Origin: Azolla caroliniana
Taxonomy: Eukaryota > Plantae > Polypodiophyta
Direction: 5' to 3'
DNA length: 64,000 nucleotides
Assembly (NCBI GenBank): GCA_043228905.1
Contig: JBHGNT010000002.1
Location: 16,740,001-16,804,000, forward strand
Shown here piece after piece: positions 62,270 to 64,000 of this stretch; positions within the stretch are counted from its first letter, which is position 1; each line of letters starts with the position of its first letter. The translations under genes were made by a program, and so were the position numbers. The notes under the pieces were generated by a model that saw only the letters and a list, made by a program, of their open reading frames with translations, did not search any database and was not told the DNA's origin.

Positions 62270-64000
62270 TGTTGAGAGACAAGCTCAACATTGGCCGGAT
62301 CGGCTGAAGAAGCCGAGGACCGGATCGGTTGGGACCGATCGGTTAGGCCGAGTGCGTAAACCGGGAGGTCGTTAGGAAAGATATTCCGTGAGGAATATAT
62401 TTGGGAGTTAGTGTAGGAGCTCTTGATGAGCATTGAAGTACTGTCAGTACTTCGGTCAGTCCTTTTAGGACTTGTATAAAAGTGCTCACTGAGCACGTCT
62501 TATGTACAGACTGAGTATTATTGTTGAATATAGTTTTTTGTGTTTCTCTCTCTATCTCTCCCGCGTATACCGGGTAAGCCTAAGCTCTCCATTGAACCTG
62601 AGTTTCCTTCCTCAGTTCTGTCTTCATACCTGCTTCCGCACGCTACTTTCTACATGGTATCAGAGCGCGAGGGTTGAGAACCTCTCTGCAGCCGACACAA
62701 CTTGACGAAGAAGAACAAGAAGAATGATGGATAGAGGCATGGCGAGCTCGCTTCCAACAGAGAAGCTCGACAGAACCAACTACGCGTCTTGGTCCTACAA
62801 GATGCACCAGTACCTGCTCGGGCACGGCTACTGGAGTTATGTCGAAGGAGCTAATGACGCGGCACCCGAATTGACACACAGAGACTTCCCATCGTGGGAG
62901 CAATCGGCGAGCAGGGTACTATACTGCTTCGCATCGTGTGTGGGCGAACAACTATTGAGCTATTTTCGGGATGCAAAGACGCCGAAGGGTGCGTGGGAAA
63001 ATCTGAAGAAGATTTTCGCCGCGAGCACCATAGCCAGGAAGCTTCAGCTCCGACAAGAGTTGAGCAACCTACGACAACGCGACTTGTCGGTGGCGGACTA
63101 TACCTCGAAGATCAAGGATATCTGCAACTCCCTCACCTCCATAGAGGTGAACATCGAGGAGAGCGAGATGGTCCAGATCTGTCTCGGAGGTTTGGCGTCG
63201 AAGTTCGGAGCGTTCCGAACGGCTGTGTGTACCCGGGAGAATACGCCGTCCTTTTTCGACTTACAGTCGATGCTCCTGGTAGAGGAGAACCACGTGGGTG
63301 CGTCTACAGGCACGCACACCGACAACAGAATGCTGTACACGGAGGGAGATAGGCCCCGTGGACGTGGAGGACGAGGCGAGTCAGCACGCAATGGAGGCGG
63401 CCGACGAGATCAAGAAAGAAGGCACCGAAGTGATGCCGACAGCAACTTCGGACCCTCCGGAAACAGGGGGAGTCGAAGCGATGAGAACCGGCAAGGGAAG
63501 TCCATCGCGGAGTGCTGGTACTGTGGCAAGAAAGGCCATAGGGAAAGTGAGTGCTGGAAGAAGCGCGCCGATTCGGAGAGAACTGGTTCCGGGAACGGCT
63601 CCAGACATACGACAAGGGAAATAGGCAGCGATCGCACTACGCTGAAGACTCCGGGAGAGCCGGAGAAGGGTCTGTCTTCGTGATGAGACACGAAGCAAAC
63701 TCAATGAAATAGAGCACCCCGAGACCGAACGAGGTGTGGTACGTAGACTCCGGCGCGTCAAACCACATGACGAGCCATAAGGAGTGGTTCTCGTACCTTG
63801 AAAAACCGATACAACCTGGAGTAGTCGCAACAGGAGACGACACTCCGCATCCGATCGCGAATGTCGGAGAAGTTCCCCTTAGCCATGTCGGGCAAAAAGG
63901 GAAACTCAAGAACGTGTTGCACGTTCTGACAATCACGAAAAACTTGGTCTCGGTCGGACAGATCGTCGACCAAGGGATGGAGGTTCAGTTTACACACCTC
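62270..64000 (+). mobile_element. Copia D5 (LTR 62270-62654, PBS 62655-62666, gag, protease), runs off the window
   Basis: TGTTGAG...TACA then TGGTATCAGAGC; WYVDSGASNHMT. Confidence 0.95.
62724..63683 (+). CDS. gag: Copia Gag (family D) with CCHC knuckle; frameshift before the protease
   Basis: 319-aa ORF containing CWYCGKKGHRESEC. Confidence 0.85.
   Translation: MMDRGMASSLPTEKLDRTNYASWSYKMHQYLLGHGYWSYVEGANDAAPELTHRDFPSWEQSASRVLYCFASCVGEQLLSYFRDAKTPKGAWENLKKIFAASTIARKLQLRQELSNLRQRDLSVADYTSKIKDICNSLTSIEVNIEESEMVQICLGGLASKFGAFRTAVCTRENTPSFFDLQSMLLVEENHVGASTGTHTDNRMLYTEGDRPRGRGGRGESARNGGGRRDQERRHRSDADSNFGPSGNRGSRSDENRQGKSIAECWYCGKKGHRESECWKKRADSERTGSGNGSRHTTREIGSDRTTLKTPGEPEKGLSS

Noticed and set aside
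63595-63690. Programmed gag-pol frameshift in D5
   Set aside because: Sibling copies have an extra base here (D1 and D4 read ACCGAACA versus D5 ACGACAA), so it looks like a copy-specific deletion; no slippery heptamer is evident.

Overview
Eukaryotic land-plant genomic DNA, probably a non-seed plant (moss, fern or lycophyte; inferred from the retroelement types). One host gene is present: an apparently intact 11-exon trehalose-6-phosphate phosphatase (TPP) on the minus strand (20167-24476), largely invisible to the ORF track. It sits in an AT-rich island (~13.2-31.7 kb) flanked by deeply nested retrotransposons: Ty3/Gypsy elements (A, A2, C, H), a young gag-only non-autonomous LTR element with a tRNA-Trp primer site (B), five copies of one Ty1/Copia family (D1-D5), Tnt1/Tork-like Copia elements (E, F), several solo LTRs, L1-type LINEs and hAT remnants. 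Most notable observations: (i) three unrelated LTR types each carry an antisense tRNA-like A-box/B-box module in U3; (ii) two independent Copia D copies are interrupted at exactly the same nucleotide by two different LTRs; (iii) element B shares only its termini and PPT region with Gypsy A; (iv) an L1 has a twin-priming-type 5' inversion that can be reconstructed in frame; (v) a CCGG-rich U3 repeat module is shared across LTR families. All coordinates were read by eye and no database searches were run.
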